From IMG/VR virus record IMGVR_UViG_3300000317_000001, positions 1 through 60,980 of that record: DNA of 60,980 nucleotides. One strand, given 5' to 3'. The DNA is from a virus. Its lineage: Duplodnaviria > Caudoviricetes. Below the pieces are notes generated by a model that was not told the origin of the DNA, did not search any database, and worked only from the letters and a program-made list of their open reading frames with translations. This document shows positions 40,593-51,511 of the stretch, piece by piece. Numbering within the stretch: the first letter of the stretch is position 1; each line of letters starts with the position of its first letter. A program made the translations under genes and the position numbers.

Positions 40593-41042
40593 ATGGCTTA
40601 TAGTAGTGCAAGTGATATTCAAGCACTAATCAAGTGGGTAGTTTTTAGCACTTCATCAAAAGTTACATTAGCAGAATTAGATAATTATATAAGTGATGCG
40701 GATGCATTTATTAATTCGAAACTTGAACGAGTATATGTAGTTCCAATAACTCATTTAAATGATATTGAAATACTAAAATATATTTCTGCTAGATTTGCTG
40801 CTTGTGAAGTTGCCCAAGTATTAATATTACAAGCAGGAGGAAAAATTCCGGATATTGTAACTCAGTGGAGGAAAGATGCTACTGAAAGATTAGCTTTGAT
40901 ATTAGATCTTACAATTGATTTGCCAAATACAACTAAATTAGTTTCATCAAATGGATTATATTCGTATACTTATAATGGCAATGAAGAGAATGACTATGAA
41001 GATACTCCACCGATATGGAACATGTCAAAGGATGAGTGGTAA
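40593..41042 (+). CDS. head-tail adaptor (Mu gp36-like)
   Basis: MAYSS..DI...I.DA.A.INSKL...Y.VP. Confidence 0.75.
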   Translation: MAYSSASDIQALIKWVVFSTSSKVTLAELDNYISDADAFINSKLERVYVVPITHLNDIEILKYISARFAACEVAQVLILQAGGKIPDIVTQWRKDATERLALILDLTIDLPNTTKLVSSNGLYSYTYNGNEENDYEDTPPIWNMSKDEW

Positions 41043-41045
41043 AAT

Positions 41046-41552
41046 ATGTTTAGATTATCATTTACTTTAGATGGAGAACCTCAACTTGTAAGATATTTGG
41101 ATATTTTAGCAGATTCAATTACTGATTATTCAAGTATGTTTGAAAAAATGGCAGATGATTTTCGTTCTACTATGGGCAGTGTGTTTAGTAATAGTGGTGC
41201 GTTTGAGAGTAGAGGTCCTTGGGCATCACTATCTCCTGATTATGCTTTGTGGAAAGGAATTCATGCTCCAGGAAAACCAATATTAGAATTAACTGGAGCA
41301 TTAAGAGCTTCTTTAACTGGTGGAGGAAATCATATATCTCAAATTTCAAGAACTTCATTAAAGATTGGTACACGAGATCCAAAAGCACAGTTTCACCAAA
41401 AAGGAACTTCAATAATGCCACAAAGAAAAATTATTGAATTAACTCAACAGCAAAAATCAAGATGGGTAAGAATTGCTCATAGTGAAATATTTAGACTAAT
41501 GTCGCCAAATGAAAGATCTTCAAACTTAAGTGGTGGTCCAGGAAGGAGATAA
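41046..41552 (+). CDS. virion morphogenesis / tail completion protein
   Basis: W..LS..YA..K..PIL..TG.LR.SL...IGT....A.FHQ.GT..MP.R. Confidence 0.8.
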   Translation: MFRLSFTLDGEPQLVRYLDILADSITDYSSMFEKMADDFRSTMGSVFSNSGAFESRGPWASLSPDYALWKGIHAPGKPILELTGALRASLTGGGNHISQISRTSLKIGTRDPKAQFHQKGTSIMPQRKIIELTQQQKSRWVRIAHSEIFRLMSPNERSSNLSGGPGRR

Positions 41553-41555
41553 GTT

Positions 41556-42017
41556 ATGAATGCAGAGTACATGCTTGACAGTTGTAAAACATTGTTATCA
41601 ACTTATTTAGCAGCAGAATTAGTAATTATTGATGCTGAATCAAGTGCAGTTACTGCATCTCCTGTACCTGCAGAGTATCATTTTGGTGCAAGAGATCCAG
41701 AAGAATTAACTTCATTTCCAAGCATTCAATTAATAGGTAAAAATTCAAGCGGAAAAGATCAATATCAGTGGCAAGATAGAACATTCAGAATTGATGTTGT
41801 TGCTTGGATAGTAGAAGTTGATCCGGAAAATTTACACAGATTCATATTAAGATATGCAGATGCTATTTCAAGAGTACTAAGAGATGAAGATAAATGGGCA
41901 TCAAATAGTTACTCACCCGTAATAGGAACTGCAACTTATAGTGATTTATATAAAACAAGTTTTGGATTAGCACAAGGTTGTCAAGTACAGTTAAGTGTTA
42001 ATGATATTTTAATATAG
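41556..42017 (+). CDS. putative tail terminator
   Basis: Position before the major tail gene; FPSI motif. Confidence 0.6.
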   Translation: MNAEYMLDSCKTLLSTYLAAELVIIDAESSAVTASPVPAEYHFGARDPEELTSFPSIQLIGKNSSGKDQYQWQDRTFRIDVVAWIVEVDPENLHRFILRYADAISRVLRDEDKWASNSYSPVIGTATYSDLYKTSFGLAQGCQVQLSVNDILI

Positions 42018-42032
42018 AAAGGAAGTGCTATT

Positions 42033-42911
42033 ATGGCTAAAGATGCATCAAAAATTCATGTAGGTGCTGGAGATTTAACATTGAATCCAGGAACAGACGA
42101 TATTGATGGTGGCTTTTGCTCAGAAGGAGCAACATTATCATATAAAGCAGGGTTAAAACCAATTGAAGTAGATCAAGAATTAGCTGCTGTTGGTTTCTTT
42201 GTTCCAGGAGAGGAATGTCAGTTTGAAACTATTTTATCTGAAGCAAGTGCAACTAAGTTAAAATATGCAATAGGTTCAGCAAATGCGGTTGTGCATACTG
42301 CAGCAACTGGTTCAGTTAAGGAATCTTATCAATTAGACTTTGGTGGTGAAACTGTTTTAACTGAATATAGCTTGAAATATTCTGCACCAAAAAGAACAAA
42401 TAGAAATTTATACATTACAGTCTTTTTGAGAAAAGTAAATATTTCACCTCAGTTAGAAATTGCATACAAAAAAGATAAGCCTATTGGTTTTAAACTTACA
42501 GCATTAGCTTTTGCTGATACAACTCAAATTGTTGGCAAAAAATTGGGGTATTATTTAGAAGAAGTAGCAGATGTTACTGGTACTACACCAACACTAGCAA
42601 TTAGCTCAGTAGTTCCTGCAGATGCTGCAACTGGAGTTTCTGTATCCGCAAGCATTGTAGTTACCTTTAATAGGCCAGTTGATCCAGCAAGTTGCATAAG
42701 TGCAAATTTTGCATTAGTAAAAGCAACTGGTACTTGCGATGGAGTTGCATGTACAGTAACAAGAACAGCTGCAAATGTTGTAACTGTTACACCAAATAGT
42801 GCAATGTCTGGAACACAATTGCACGTATTTGTAGTAGCTTCAGATGTTGAAGCAATGGATGATAAAACAAAAATGGCTGCAAATGGCTATTACAACTTTA
42901 CAACTACTTAA
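42033..42911 (+). CDS. major tail tube protein with C-terminal Ig-like (Big_5) domain
   Basis: IHVGAG..G...GATL.Y..IEVDQ; SVVPADAATGVSV..IVVTFNRPVD. Confidence 0.82.
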   Translation: MAKDASKIHVGAGDLTLNPGTDDIDGGFCSEGATLSYKAGLKPIEVDQELAAVGFFVPGEECQFETILSEASATKLKYAIGSANAVVHTAATGSVKESYQLDFGGETVLTEYSLKYSAPKRTNRNLYITVFLRKVNISPQLEIAYKKDKPIGFKLTALAFADTTQIVGKKLGYYLEEVADVTGTTPTLAISSVVPADAATGVSVSASIVVTFNRPVDPASCISANFALVKATGTCDGVACTVTRTAANVVTVTPNSAMSGTQLHVFVVASDVEAMDDKTKMAANGYYNFTTT

Positions 42912-43184
42912 GAGAACTATCCGCTAAGGAACAAGTCCTTTCAAGTTCCCTAGCGGATAGTTCCCTTTTATTTTGAAAAACCATTGAAATTCATTGGAAA
43001 ATATTATATAATATAAATATAGAAAATGTTTTTGGGTAAGGTATTTAAGATCTATATTTGATTTTAATGTTTGTTGCTGGATTAGAAGGATATTGGTTGA
43101 AAGATCAGCCACAACCTTATGTTAATCCGGAACAAACATTTAAATGGCAGGAAAAAATATTGGGGAGTATTAAGGAGATTTAAA

Positions 43185-43463
43185 ATGATAAATTATTTGT
43201 CATATTTCGTAAAAAAAGATTTTGAAATAAATCAAATAAGAATGATTACAACTGATTATAGCTATAAAGAATTATCAAAATTTAAACTTTGGCAACTTGA
43301 ATCGATAAAATCATTGATACGTGTTGGATTTAAAAAAGATTATATAAATGAAAAAAGATTATATAATTTTGGAAAAGGTGCAATTAAATTTATTATAGAA
43401 CTTGAGATGCAAAATAAAAGAAAAAATGAGAAATCTCAAAAAAAAAATTACAAGGAGAAATGA
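43185..43463 (+). CDS. hypothetical protein (moron-like insert in the tail operon)
   Basis: Promoter at 42984; AAGGAG RBS before MINYLS. Confidence 0.5.
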   Translation: MINYLSYFVKKDFEINQIRMITTDYSYKELSKFKLWQLESIKSLIRVGFKKDYINEKRLYNFGKGAIKFIIELEMQNKRKNEKSQKKNYKEK

Positions 43464-43706
43464 ATGATGAAAAAATATGTTGGTACAAAATTAATACAGG
43501 CTAAACCTATGGCATACAAAGAATATTGCTTGCACAAGTATGGGAACTTTGAACCTAAAGGAGAACTTACAGAAATAAATGAATTTTCTGAAGGTTATTT
43601 AGTACAGTATGAAGGTGGATATCAATCATGGTCACCAAAAGGTGTATTTGAAAAAGCTTATGCAGAAGTAGATTTAGAAAAGTGGGAATTTGTCAATGTT
43701 AAGTAA
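43464..43706 (+). CDS. conserved phage protein (MKKYVGTK..GYLV.Y.GGY.SWSPK.VFE.AY family)
   Basis: Recognisable conserved phage motif; function unknown. Confidence 0.75.
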   Translation: MMKKYVGTKLIQAKPMAYKEYCLHKYGNFEPKGELTEINEFSEGYLVQYEGGYQSWSPKGVFEKAYAEVDLEKWEFVNVK

Positions 43707-43850
43707 ATGGGAAAGAGAAACATGTCCTTTTAATAGCATACAAAATTTTATTAACAACATTGGGAAACAGTCAAAAATTGACAGAATTCCAGTAATAAGT
43801 TTAGAACTTTATAATAAATTAAAGCAACTTGAAAAAGAGGAGGATTTAAA

Positions 43851-44297
43851 ATGACAAACGAAGATAAAGAAAAAATTTATTATTTAAACAAAGAAAGAGA
43901 AGAAAGAGACATTTTAATGAATAAGGGTGTTCCAGTTCCATTTGGTACGGATGTAGTAAATGTTAAGGCACTGGAGTGGAATGAATCAAATGCCTTTGAG
44001 GATGCAGTAGTAGCAGTAGCTAAGAAATTTAAAGAAGTAACTGGGACTGAGGTTGCAGGAACTGATGCTTTGAAAAAAGGTGTTAGTATTGATGAAATTT
44101 TAGAAACAATAGTTGGCATTATGCGAAATGATTTAGTTGAATTAGCGACGTTATCCACTAGGGGACTTGTTACTTTAAATTACATTCAGGAGAAGCATGC
44201 AACTAAAGCGGATGTAATTAAAGTTTTAGTTGAAGCATTCAAACTAAACTATTCGTACTTGGGAAACTTGCTAGCCCTTACCAAGGGATTGAAATAG
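43851..44297 (+). CDS. tail assembly chaperone
   Basis: Lies upstream of the tape measure gene; slippery G GGA AAC at 44261-44267. Confidence 0.8.
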   Translation: MTNEDKEKIYYLNKEREERDILMNKGVPVPFGTDVVNVKALEWNESNAFEDAVVAVAKKFKEVTGTEVAGTDALKKGVSIDEILETIVGIMRNDLVELATLSTRGLVTLNYIQEKHATKADVIKVLVEAFKLNYSYLGNLLALTKGLK

Positions 44298-44551
44298 AAG
44301 GGCAAGAACCATTTGGTTGGGGAGGAATGTTTGACTTGCTAATGTCGGAATACAATGTTTCCCTAGCGGATATCCAGCATTGGACGAAAGAACAAATGTT
44401 TCTGTTGAAGGATAAAATGGAACGTAGGTTAAAAGACAAACAAAAGTTTGAAGCAAGTCTACATGGTGCCAAAATGGAAGCAGAAGGATTAGATACAGAT
44501 GGTGCCATTCCAATAGAAGTTCTTATTGACAAAGGAATAGGTTTTATGTAA
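44261..44551 (+). CDS. tail assembly chaperone -1 frameshift extension
   Basis: The -1 frame from 44261 is open and in frame with ORF 44327-44551. Confidence 0.8.
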   Translation, partial: GKLASPYQGIEIEGQEPFGWGGMFDLLMSEYNVSLADIQHWTKEQMFLLKDKMERRLKDKQKFEASLHGAKMEAEGLDTDGAIPIEVLIDKGIGFM

Positions 44552-44559
44552 CAAAATAT

Positions 44560-44638
44560 TAATAGGTATAGTCGAATATAAATTGGGGTTTCATATAAAT
44601 ATGTAAAACGAATATTTATATTCGACTATATCCATTAT
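44560..44638. repeat. tripartite palindrome family, copy 7
   Basis: TATAGTCGAATATAAAT..CATATAAATATG..ATTTATATTCGACTATA; directly before the tape measure RBS. Confidence 0.92.
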
Positions 44639-44656
44639 ATAGAAAGGAGGTAGTTT

Positions 44657-47392
44657 ATGGCAACAGTTGAAGAACTCCTATTAAACATAAATACTGAAGG
44701 TGGACCTAGTGCATCAAATGCAATTAGAAATCTAGAGAGCGCAATTAGAAGCCTTATTAACCCAATTCAATTACTTGAAAATGCTCTTAGGCAATCTACA
44801 GATTATTTTAACAGATTTCAGAATGAAATTAATCAAAGCGATAGTGGCTTTAACAGATTTGAAAGTGAAACAAGGCAATCCGCAGAAACTATAAGGCTTC
44901 TTGAAACACAACTTAGAGAACTTACTTTGCAGTTTAATAATTTGCAAGGTGAGCAAAGGCAATCCGATACGACTACTGCTCAATTAGAAGCACAAATAAG
45001 GGAATTGACTGAGCAACTGCAACGTCTTGAAAGAGAAACTAGGCAAACAGATGAAGAAATGAGACGTATGGATAGGTCTACTAGAGAAGCTGAACAAGGA
45101 TTTGGTTTGTTACATCGTATGGGTGCAAATTTAAAGCAAACACTTATGAGTATTGTAAGTACTGCTGGAGGAATGCTTGTATATGGTGCAATTACAAATA
45201 TTTTTTATCAATTAGCAGATGCATTTAAGCAAGGAATCACAGATGGCATTAAGTATAATATAGAGATGGAAAATAACATGGCGTCATTTACTACAATGCT
45301 TGGCAGTGCAGATAAAGCTAAAAAGCTAATGGATCAAATAACAAAAATGGCTGCAGCAACACCATTTGAAACAAAAGATTTAACTTCTGCAACTACTATG
45401 CTAATGAGTTATGGGTTTACGCAAGAAAAAGTAATACCTATAATGAGCAAATTGGGAGATGTATCTCTAGGCAATAATGAGAAATTTCAATCATTATCAA
45501 GAACTATGGGTCAAATTAATGCACTTGGAAAATTACAAGGCGGAGATTTAAATCAACTTATTGGTCAAGGGTGGAATCCATTGAATGAAATCACCAAAAA
45601 AACTGGTGAGACTATGGAACAAGTTAAAGACAGAATGTCAAAAGGGAAAGTAACCTATAAAGAGGTTGAAGATGCATTAACTAGTGTGACTAGTGCAGGA
45701 GGTATGTTTTACAAATCAATGGATACCGCATCTAAAACTTTTGAAGGAACTTTAAGTACTTTAAAAGATAAATTTAGCATATTTTTAGGGCAAGCTACTA
45801 AACCATTATTTAATTATTTGAAAGATGTTGGAATACCCGCAATATCTGATTTGATTGATAGCTTTTCAAACATGGGTAAAATACTTAAAGATAAAATTCC
45901 TCCAATAATAAATACTTTTAAAACTAAATGGGTTGAATTATTTGGCACAGATGATGATAAAAAATCATTTAAAGAGTCAATAGATGATTTTAACAAAAAA
46001 TTACCGGATGCTTTAGATAAAGTAAATAAAAAAGTTGAAGGTGTTTTTAATAAATTAATTCAACTTAGAGATACTTGGAGATCAATTACATCAGGTAACA
46101 TGGGTACTTTAATTGATTTATTTCCTGCATCTTGGCAAGGCAACATTGCACTAGGTATTCAAAAATTTAATGAAGTTAGAAGTGCTATTAGTGGTATTAT
46201 TAGCTTTTTACAAACTTCTTTTGCACCAGTAATAGAAGTGTTTAAAAATACATTCAAGAATATGGATTGGGGACCTGCACAAGAAGCAGTTTCAAAATTA
46301 GGAAATACTATAATAAATGTGTTGATTCCAGCAATTAAGCCTTTAGCAGAAGTAGTTGGAGGTGTTCTTGTAGGTGCTTTTGCACTATTATTAGGTCACA
46401 TTAATGGAGTACTTACAATTTTACCATCAATTATTTCAACAGTTGCAAGTATATGGAATACTATCTTAGGTTTTGTAACAATAATTGTAGGTGTATTTAC
46501 TAACAATGAAAAAGCTATTAAAGATGGTTGGGATTCAATGTGGAGTGGCATTGTAGGTACTGTTACTGGAATGGTAGCAATAATACAGGGGTATATAAAA
46601 GGCTTCAATGATGCTATTGTAGGTTTCTTCAAAGGACTTTCTAATACATTAGTTGGGCATTCAATTGTACCAGAGATGTGCAATGCCATAACAGGTGTAT
46701 TTCAAGGTTTGTGGAATTCCATAACTGGAATTGTTAGTGGAATTTATAATACAGTTGTTGGGTGGTTTAATAACGCAAGAAATACTGCAGTATCCATATG
46801 GCAAGGTCTTGTAAATAATGTAGGTTCAATCGTGAGTGGGTTGTGGAGTACAGTTAGCAATGCTTTCCAAAATGTAGTAACTGCAATCAGTAATAAAGCG
46901 AGTGCTGCATATGATGCTGCAAGTAGAGTAGCAACTAGCATCAAAAATGCAATATCTGACATGGCAACTAGTATGTATAATGCAGGAGCAAATCTTGTAC
47001 AGAGTGTAATTAATGGAATAGGCAGCATGATTGGTAAAGTAAAAAATGCTGCAGGAAATGTAGCTCAAGCAATTAAAAACTTCTTTCCAAGTAGTCCAGC
47101 AAAAGAAGGTCCATTGCAAAGCATACCTAAGTGGATGCCAACTATGATTGGTACTATGACAGATGATTTGTATGCTGGGGTAGATAAAATTAGAAGAGCG
47201 TCTAGTAATTTAGCTACAAACATTAAAAGTGAACTTTATTTACAACCTGCAGCAGTATCTAGCAATAGTTATTCTAGGGTAGATCAAAATGTCTCAATTG
47301 TAGTTAATGCAGCACATTTAGCAGCAGATCAAGTTGGAGAGCAATTAGTTAATACATTATTGAGATACGGAATTAAAGTTAATAAGGGGTAA
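44657..47392 (+). CDS. tape measure protein
   Basis: FTTMLGSA..A..TPF..LGD..GQI...GKL.G; Trp/Phe-periodic repeats; PSSPAKEGPL. Confidence 0.92.
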   Translation: MATVEELLLNINTEGGPSASNAIRNLESAIRSLINPIQLLENALRQSTDYFNRFQNEINQSDSGFNRFESETRQSAETIRLLETQLRELTLQFNNLQGEQRQSDTTTAQLEAQIRELTEQLQRLERETRQTDEEMRRMDRSTREAEQGFGLLHRMGANLKQTLMSIVSTAGGMLVYGAITNIFYQLADAFKQGITDGIKYNIEMENNMASFTTMLGSADKAKKLMDQITKMAAATPFETKDLTSATTMLMSYGFTQEKVIPIMSKLGDVSLGNNEKFQSLSRTMGQINALGKLQGGDLNQLIGQGWNPLNEITKKTGETMEQVKDRMSKGKVTYKEVEDALTSVTSAGGMFYKSMDTASKTFEGTLSTLKDKFSIFLGQATKPLFNYLKDVGIPAISDLIDSFSNMGKILKDKIPPIINTFKTKWVELFGTDDDKKSFKESIDDFNKKLPDALDKVNKKVEGVFNKLIQLRDTWRSITSGNMGTLIDLFPASWQGNIALGIQKFNEVRSAISGIISFLQTSFAPVIEVFKNTFKNMDWGPAQEAVSKLGNTIINVLIPAIKPLAEVVGGVLVGAFALLLGHINGVLTILPSIISTVASIWNTILGFVTIIVGVFTNNEKAIKDGWDSMWSGIVGTVTGMVAIIQGYIKGFNDAIVGFFKGLSNTLVGHSIVPEMCNAITGVFQGLWNSITGIVSGIYNTVVGWFNNARNTAVSIWQGLVNNVGSIVSGLWSTVSNAFQNVVTAISNKASAAYDAASRVATSIKNAISDMATSMYNAGANLVQSVINGIGSMIGKVKNAAGNVAQAIKNFFPSSPAKEGPLQSIPKWMPTMIGTMTDDLYAGVDKIRRASSNLATNIKSELYLQPAAVSSNSYSRVDQNVSIVVNAAHLAADQVGEQLVNTLLRYGIKVNKG

Positions 47393-47431
47393 AAACTTTT
47401 ACAGTTTCCCTAGCGGAAAGAGGTGATTTAA

Positions 47432-48868
47432 ATGGCAGTAAGGCACTTGTATATTGATGGAACAAATATAACTGGAACTGAAATTTATATGAGTAAAGAT
47501 TGGTCAATTGAAGAAAAGATCAATAAAAGATCCACAATGAGTTGCACCATTGCAAGAGCAAATGGCGCAACTATATCTTGTGGAAAAGAAGTGATGTTAT
47601 ACGATGGCACTACATATATTTGGGGTGGAGTTATTATGGATATTAGTGATTTTGAAAGGCCAGATGGTACAGTAGAATACTCCCTAACTATTGATGATTT
47701 TTGTGCGTTGGTAGAAAGATTAATGATAACTAAAGTTTATGAAAATCAAACAATAAATGCTATTTTAACCGATTTTTTAATAACATTTGCAACACTTGGT
47801 ATTACAGAAGGGTATATTGAGCTCGATTTACCAAAAATTTCAAGGAATACATGTAATTACCAGTATGGGCATAATGCTTTAGATCATTTGAAAGATTTTG
47901 GCAATTATATTTGGAACATTGATTTAAATAAAAAGTTTTATTTTTATAGCATTGGGTATTTAGTAAGCACAACAACTCTAACAGATTACTTAGGGTTTAA
48001 AAGAAGTAGAAGTTTAAAAAATTACAGAAATACAGAATATGTTAGGGGCAAAAATAGGCAAACCGTTTGGCAATCTTCTGAAAGACCAACTCCAACGCCT
48101 GATGGAAATATTCAAGAGTTTTTTACACATTATCCAATAGGAAAAGCACCCGTAATAATGGTAAGTATTTCTGGAGGTACTTATGCCCTTAAAACAATAG
48201 GGATTAAAGGTATTGATACTGGAATGGATTGGTACTGGACTTATGGATCAACTCAAGTATCTCAAGATTCTAGTGGAACTAAATTAACTGCAGCAGATAA
48301 TATAAGAATAAGTTACTATGGTTTGGTACCTTTGTTTGTAATGACTTTGGATTCTACAGAGGTTTCCGCTAGGGGAACTTATTCTCATTATGTCCGCAAC
48401 GAGAAATTAGAGAGTTCAATAGACGCATTGAATTATGCAATTAAGCTTTTAGAAAAATACTCAAATGAAGCAGAGTCAATTTCATTTTCTAAAACAACAA
48501 AAACTTATGAAGCAGGAATGCAGTTTCCAGTTGTGAAAAGTGCATTAGGAATAAATAGCACATTCTTATGTGAAGGTGTTACTTGGAAACCAATGGGTCC
48601 AACTGCAATTTCTTATGAATATAAAGCAATTGATGGTGCTGCATTAGGTGGATGGGAAGAGTTTTTTAAGAACTTGGCAAAACCTGAAAGCATTGAAACT
48701 ACGGATAATGAAATAATTGTATATTTGAAGAGTTGGAGTGAAGGAATTGCACATGCGGGATCAACTGCAATTACAGTTTTAACTCCATTGTATCCTAGTA
48801 CAGGTTTATATCCTAGTGCAAGTTTGTATCCTGGAACAATTATAGCAACTGCAACAATAGTAGATTAG
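47432..48868 (+). CDS. minor tail / baseplate hub protein
   Basis: Follows the tape measure gene; beta-rich. Confidence 0.7.
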   Translation: MAVRHLYIDGTNITGTEIYMSKDWSIEEKINKRSTMSCTIARANGATISCGKEVMLYDGTTYIWGGVIMDISDFERPDGTVEYSLTIDDFCALVERLMITKVYENQTINAILTDFLITFATLGITEGYIELDLPKISRNTCNYQYGHNALDHLKDFGNYIWNIDLNKKFYFYSIGYLVSTTTLTDYLGFKRSRSLKNYRNTEYVRGKNRQTVWQSSERPTPTPDGNIQEFFTHYPIGKAPVIMVSISGGTYALKTIGIKGIDTGMDWYWTYGSTQVSQDSSGTKLTAADNIRISYYGLVPLFVMTLDSTEVSARGTYSHYVRNEKLESSIDALNYAIKLLEKYSNEAESISFSKTTKTYEAGMQFPVVKSALGINSTFLCEGVTWKPMGPTAISYEYKAIDGAALGGWEEFFKNLAKPESIETTDNEIIVYLKSWSEGIAHAGSTAITVLTPLYPSTGLYPSASLYPGTIIATATIVD

Positions 48869-48878
48869 GGGTGATGAA

Positions 48879-49367
48879 ATGAATTGGAAAGAACTTTGGG
48901 GCCATAGAGGTTGTTTTGATATATTTACCAGAAAAGCATACACTAAACAATGGCATCAAATAGATCACATAGAAAATTTAATAGTGAATCAATGCCATAA
49001 TTCAATTGCAAAATCTCTTATGGGGTACGATCCAACGGATGATGTTGATGTTTATCATTTAGCAGTAGGGAATAGTGCTACTGCACCAAATGCTGCAGAT
49101 GTTAAAATGACGAATGAAACATATCGTATTAGGTATATTTCACAATCAAATCCTAGTACAGGAGTTATAGTAACTGATTTCTTTATGACAGATACTGAAT
49201 TTTCTGGAGTTATTGCAGAAATAGGCTTATTTGGTGGGAATGCATCTTGGGATTGGGATGGTGGAACTGGAAAAGATTCAGGGTTTATGCTAGCACACGC
49301 TTTATGGAGTTATACGAAAACAACATCTGAGGAAATATTGTTTAGAAGAACAGATACATTTACTTGA
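48879..49367 (+). CDS. minor tail protein
   Basis: ENLIVN..LAVG...TAP.A.D....E.YR..I.EIGLF. Confidence 0.7.
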   Translation: MNWKELWGHRGCFDIFTRKAYTKQWHQIDHIENLIVNQCHNSIAKSLMGYDPTDDVDVYHLAVGNSATAPNAADVKMTNETYRIRYISQSNPSTGVIVTDFFMTDTEFSGVIAEIGLFGGNASWDWDGGTGKDSGFMLAHALWSYTKTTSEEILFRRTDTFT

Positions 49368-49423
49368 TCGGGAATAAAGAAAAATTCAGGTTCCCTAGCG
49401 GATTTTGTGAAAGGAGTGATATT

Positions 49424-49780
49424 ATGTATTTTGTTAAGGATTTTGAAATACCTAAAAGTGGAATAACTGATGTATATAGAAAAAGTGCTTATGCAACTTT
49501 TGCAATGGAATTTTTGAATCTATTGTCTGAAGGAAAGCAAATTCATGCATGGGGTTTAGAAAGTTCAGAACTTGAAAAACAATTTGAAGAAGATATTATT
49601 GTTGAGAGTAATGGGGTTAAAGAAAAAGCAGTTAAAAAAGTTAATAAAAAGGTAATAAGTTTTACAATACAGTATGAACTAGTAGGTAAAAAGTCAAACG
49701 GAAGGATTGAAATAAGTGATTTAGATAGTGTGATTAAAAGAGCAAAACCTAAAACTATTAAAGTAGGTGATATAAAATGA
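49424..49780 (+). CDS. hypothetical tail-region protein
   Basis: AAAGGAG RBS before MYFVKD. Confidence 0.55.
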   Translation: MYFVKDFEIPKSGITDVYRKSAYATFAMEFLNLLSEGKQIHAWGLESSELEKQFEEDIIVESNGVKEKAVKKVNKKVISFTIQYELVGKKSNGRIEISDLDSVIKRAKPKTIKVGDIK

Positions 49781-51495
49781 GTCATATTGGTTCATTTACG
49801 CCTGTAACTTTTGTAGATGGTACTACTCCTGCAATAAATGCTGTGAATTTAAATGCAGTAGAGGATGCTCTAGATAGAGTAGACCATGATGCTTCTTTTA
49901 GCAATGCAAATGGTTTTAAATACTGGAGTCATTATTTATTGCATAGAAATACAAAACTAATTGATGCATTTGGAGGAAATTCTTCTGATTGGACATCTGC
50001 AGGTACAACTACTCTTTCAAGTGATTACAATTCGATTTATGGAAAAACAGGTTTAAAAATTCTAGAAACTGACAATACTGCTGGGTATTGTAGTGCATAC
50101 AAAGCAATTACAAGCATGGATTTAACTAAATTTGAAAGTGGAGAGGCTGCATCTACTTCGGATGCAATAGCATTTGGTGTTTATATATCAGATGTTACCA
50201 AAGTTCAATACTTAGCATATAAATTAGGTGCAGATAATTCAAACAATTATTCCTTGACATGGCCAGGAAGTTCTTTAGTGACCGGTTGGAATTTTTTAGT
50301 ATATCAGAGAAGTGACTTTACTTCTGCTGGATCTCCTAACTGGGCAGCAATAACTTACATTAGGTGTGAATGGCAATCTACATCAAATGCTCAAAATGTG
50401 TATTGCACATACGGAATACTAGCTCTGCAAAGAAGTGAAGGTGGCTTAGGTGGTTCTAATCCATTTACAATTGATGATGGTGCTGCTCATTGGGACAGAT
50501 ATGTATTTGATTGGGCTTATGATTGTGTTTTGTATCAAGACTATGTTTCAAAACTTGTTGGTTTTTTATTAGCAGCAGAAAATAATTCCAGTAGTACGCA
50601 TATTCAAGTTAATACGGGACATGCAGTTGATGAATTCATGTATAGTGTTTCATTAGTGTGTAGGTATGCTGGAGAGACATGTTGCTTAGTAGATTGGGTA
50701 GACTCAAGTAATTTTTGTAAAATATATATTACTGGATCAGTTTTGACAATGGAACTTAAGCAATCCGGTTCAACTACTACAGTAACTTCTACTCTTGCAA
50801 GTACTTTAGAAAAAGAAGATAATGTTACTTTAGTGTTTAAAAAAGAAGGAGATATAATACGTGCATGGGCATTCATTGATGGTCAAAGGGCACACTATGT
50901 TGAATCTGAATGTACTTTAAGTGGAGATGGTTATTTATGGGTTGGGCACAAAAGTGTAAATGCATATTCATTTATTACAGAAGTATTATTTACCAAAAAT
51001 GTAATTGATTTAGTGGATGTGCACAATGGTGCTTTTTGGAGAAAACCAAGAATGATTAGAAAATCTGTAAATACACTTTTGTATTCTGATGCTACCTTAA
51101 ATGATGATGCAGATATGTACTGTAAATTTCCTCCAAATGGAGTGTTTAAAGTCGAACTAGATGCACATTGGTTGAATGGAGTTACTGAAAAGGCAAAATG
51201 TGCTTGGACTTTAGGCACAGGATTAGAGGCAATGTCTTGGAGGAATTGCATATTGCCAACAGGAACTTCTGCAAATATAGTAGATACTAATGTTGAAATG
51301 AAGTGCAATGACTATACTACACCCGTAACGGTAGGTTCAGATGGAACTAATATGACATATCATCGAGAAGTGTTTTACATATCTAGTGGCCCTAATGGAG
51401 GAAAACTTACATTTCAATGGTGTCAAAATACATCTGGTGGAAATGCTTCTATCCTTGCTTGGCAAACCATGATGATAGTTACAAAATTAAACTAG
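49777..51495 (+). CDS. tail fiber / receptor-binding protein
   Basis: TPAINAVNLN..E N-terminus; carbohydrate-binding-like GWN..PNWAAITYIR; last large tail gene. Confidence 0.7.
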   Translation: MSHIGSFTPVTFVDGTTPAINAVNLNAVEDALDRVDHDASFSNANGFKYWSHYLLHRNTKLIDAFGGNSSDWTSAGTTTLSSDYNSIYGKTGLKILETDNTAGYCSAYKAITSMDLTKFESGEAASTSDAIAFGVYISDVTKVQYLAYKLGADNSNNYSLTWPGSSLVTGWNFLVYQRSDFTSAGSPNWAAITYIRCEWQSTSNAQNVYCTYGILALQRSEGGLGGSNPFTIDDGAAHWDRYVFDWAYDCVLYQDYVSKLVGFLLAAENNSSSTHIQVNTGHAVDEFMYSVSLVCRYAGETCCLVDWVDSSNFCKIYITGSVLTMELKQSGSTTTVTSTLASTLEKEDNVTLVFKKEGDIIRAWAFIDGQRAHYVESECTLSGDGYLWVGHKSVNAYSFITEVLFTKNVIDLVDVHNGAFWRKPRMIRKSVNTLLYSDATLNDDADMYCKFPPNGVFKVELDAHWLNGVTEKAKCAWTLGTGLEAMSWRNCILPTGTSANIVDTNVEMKCNDYTTPVTVGSDGTNMTYHREVFYISSGPNGGKLTFQWCQNTSGGNASILAWQTMMIVTKLN

Positions 51496-51511
51496 AGAGG
51501 AGAAAAATTGC

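Noticed and set aside
49777-51495. Diversity-generating retroelement or invertible tail-fiber system
   Set aside because: No reverse transcriptase, template/variable repeat pair or invertase was found.
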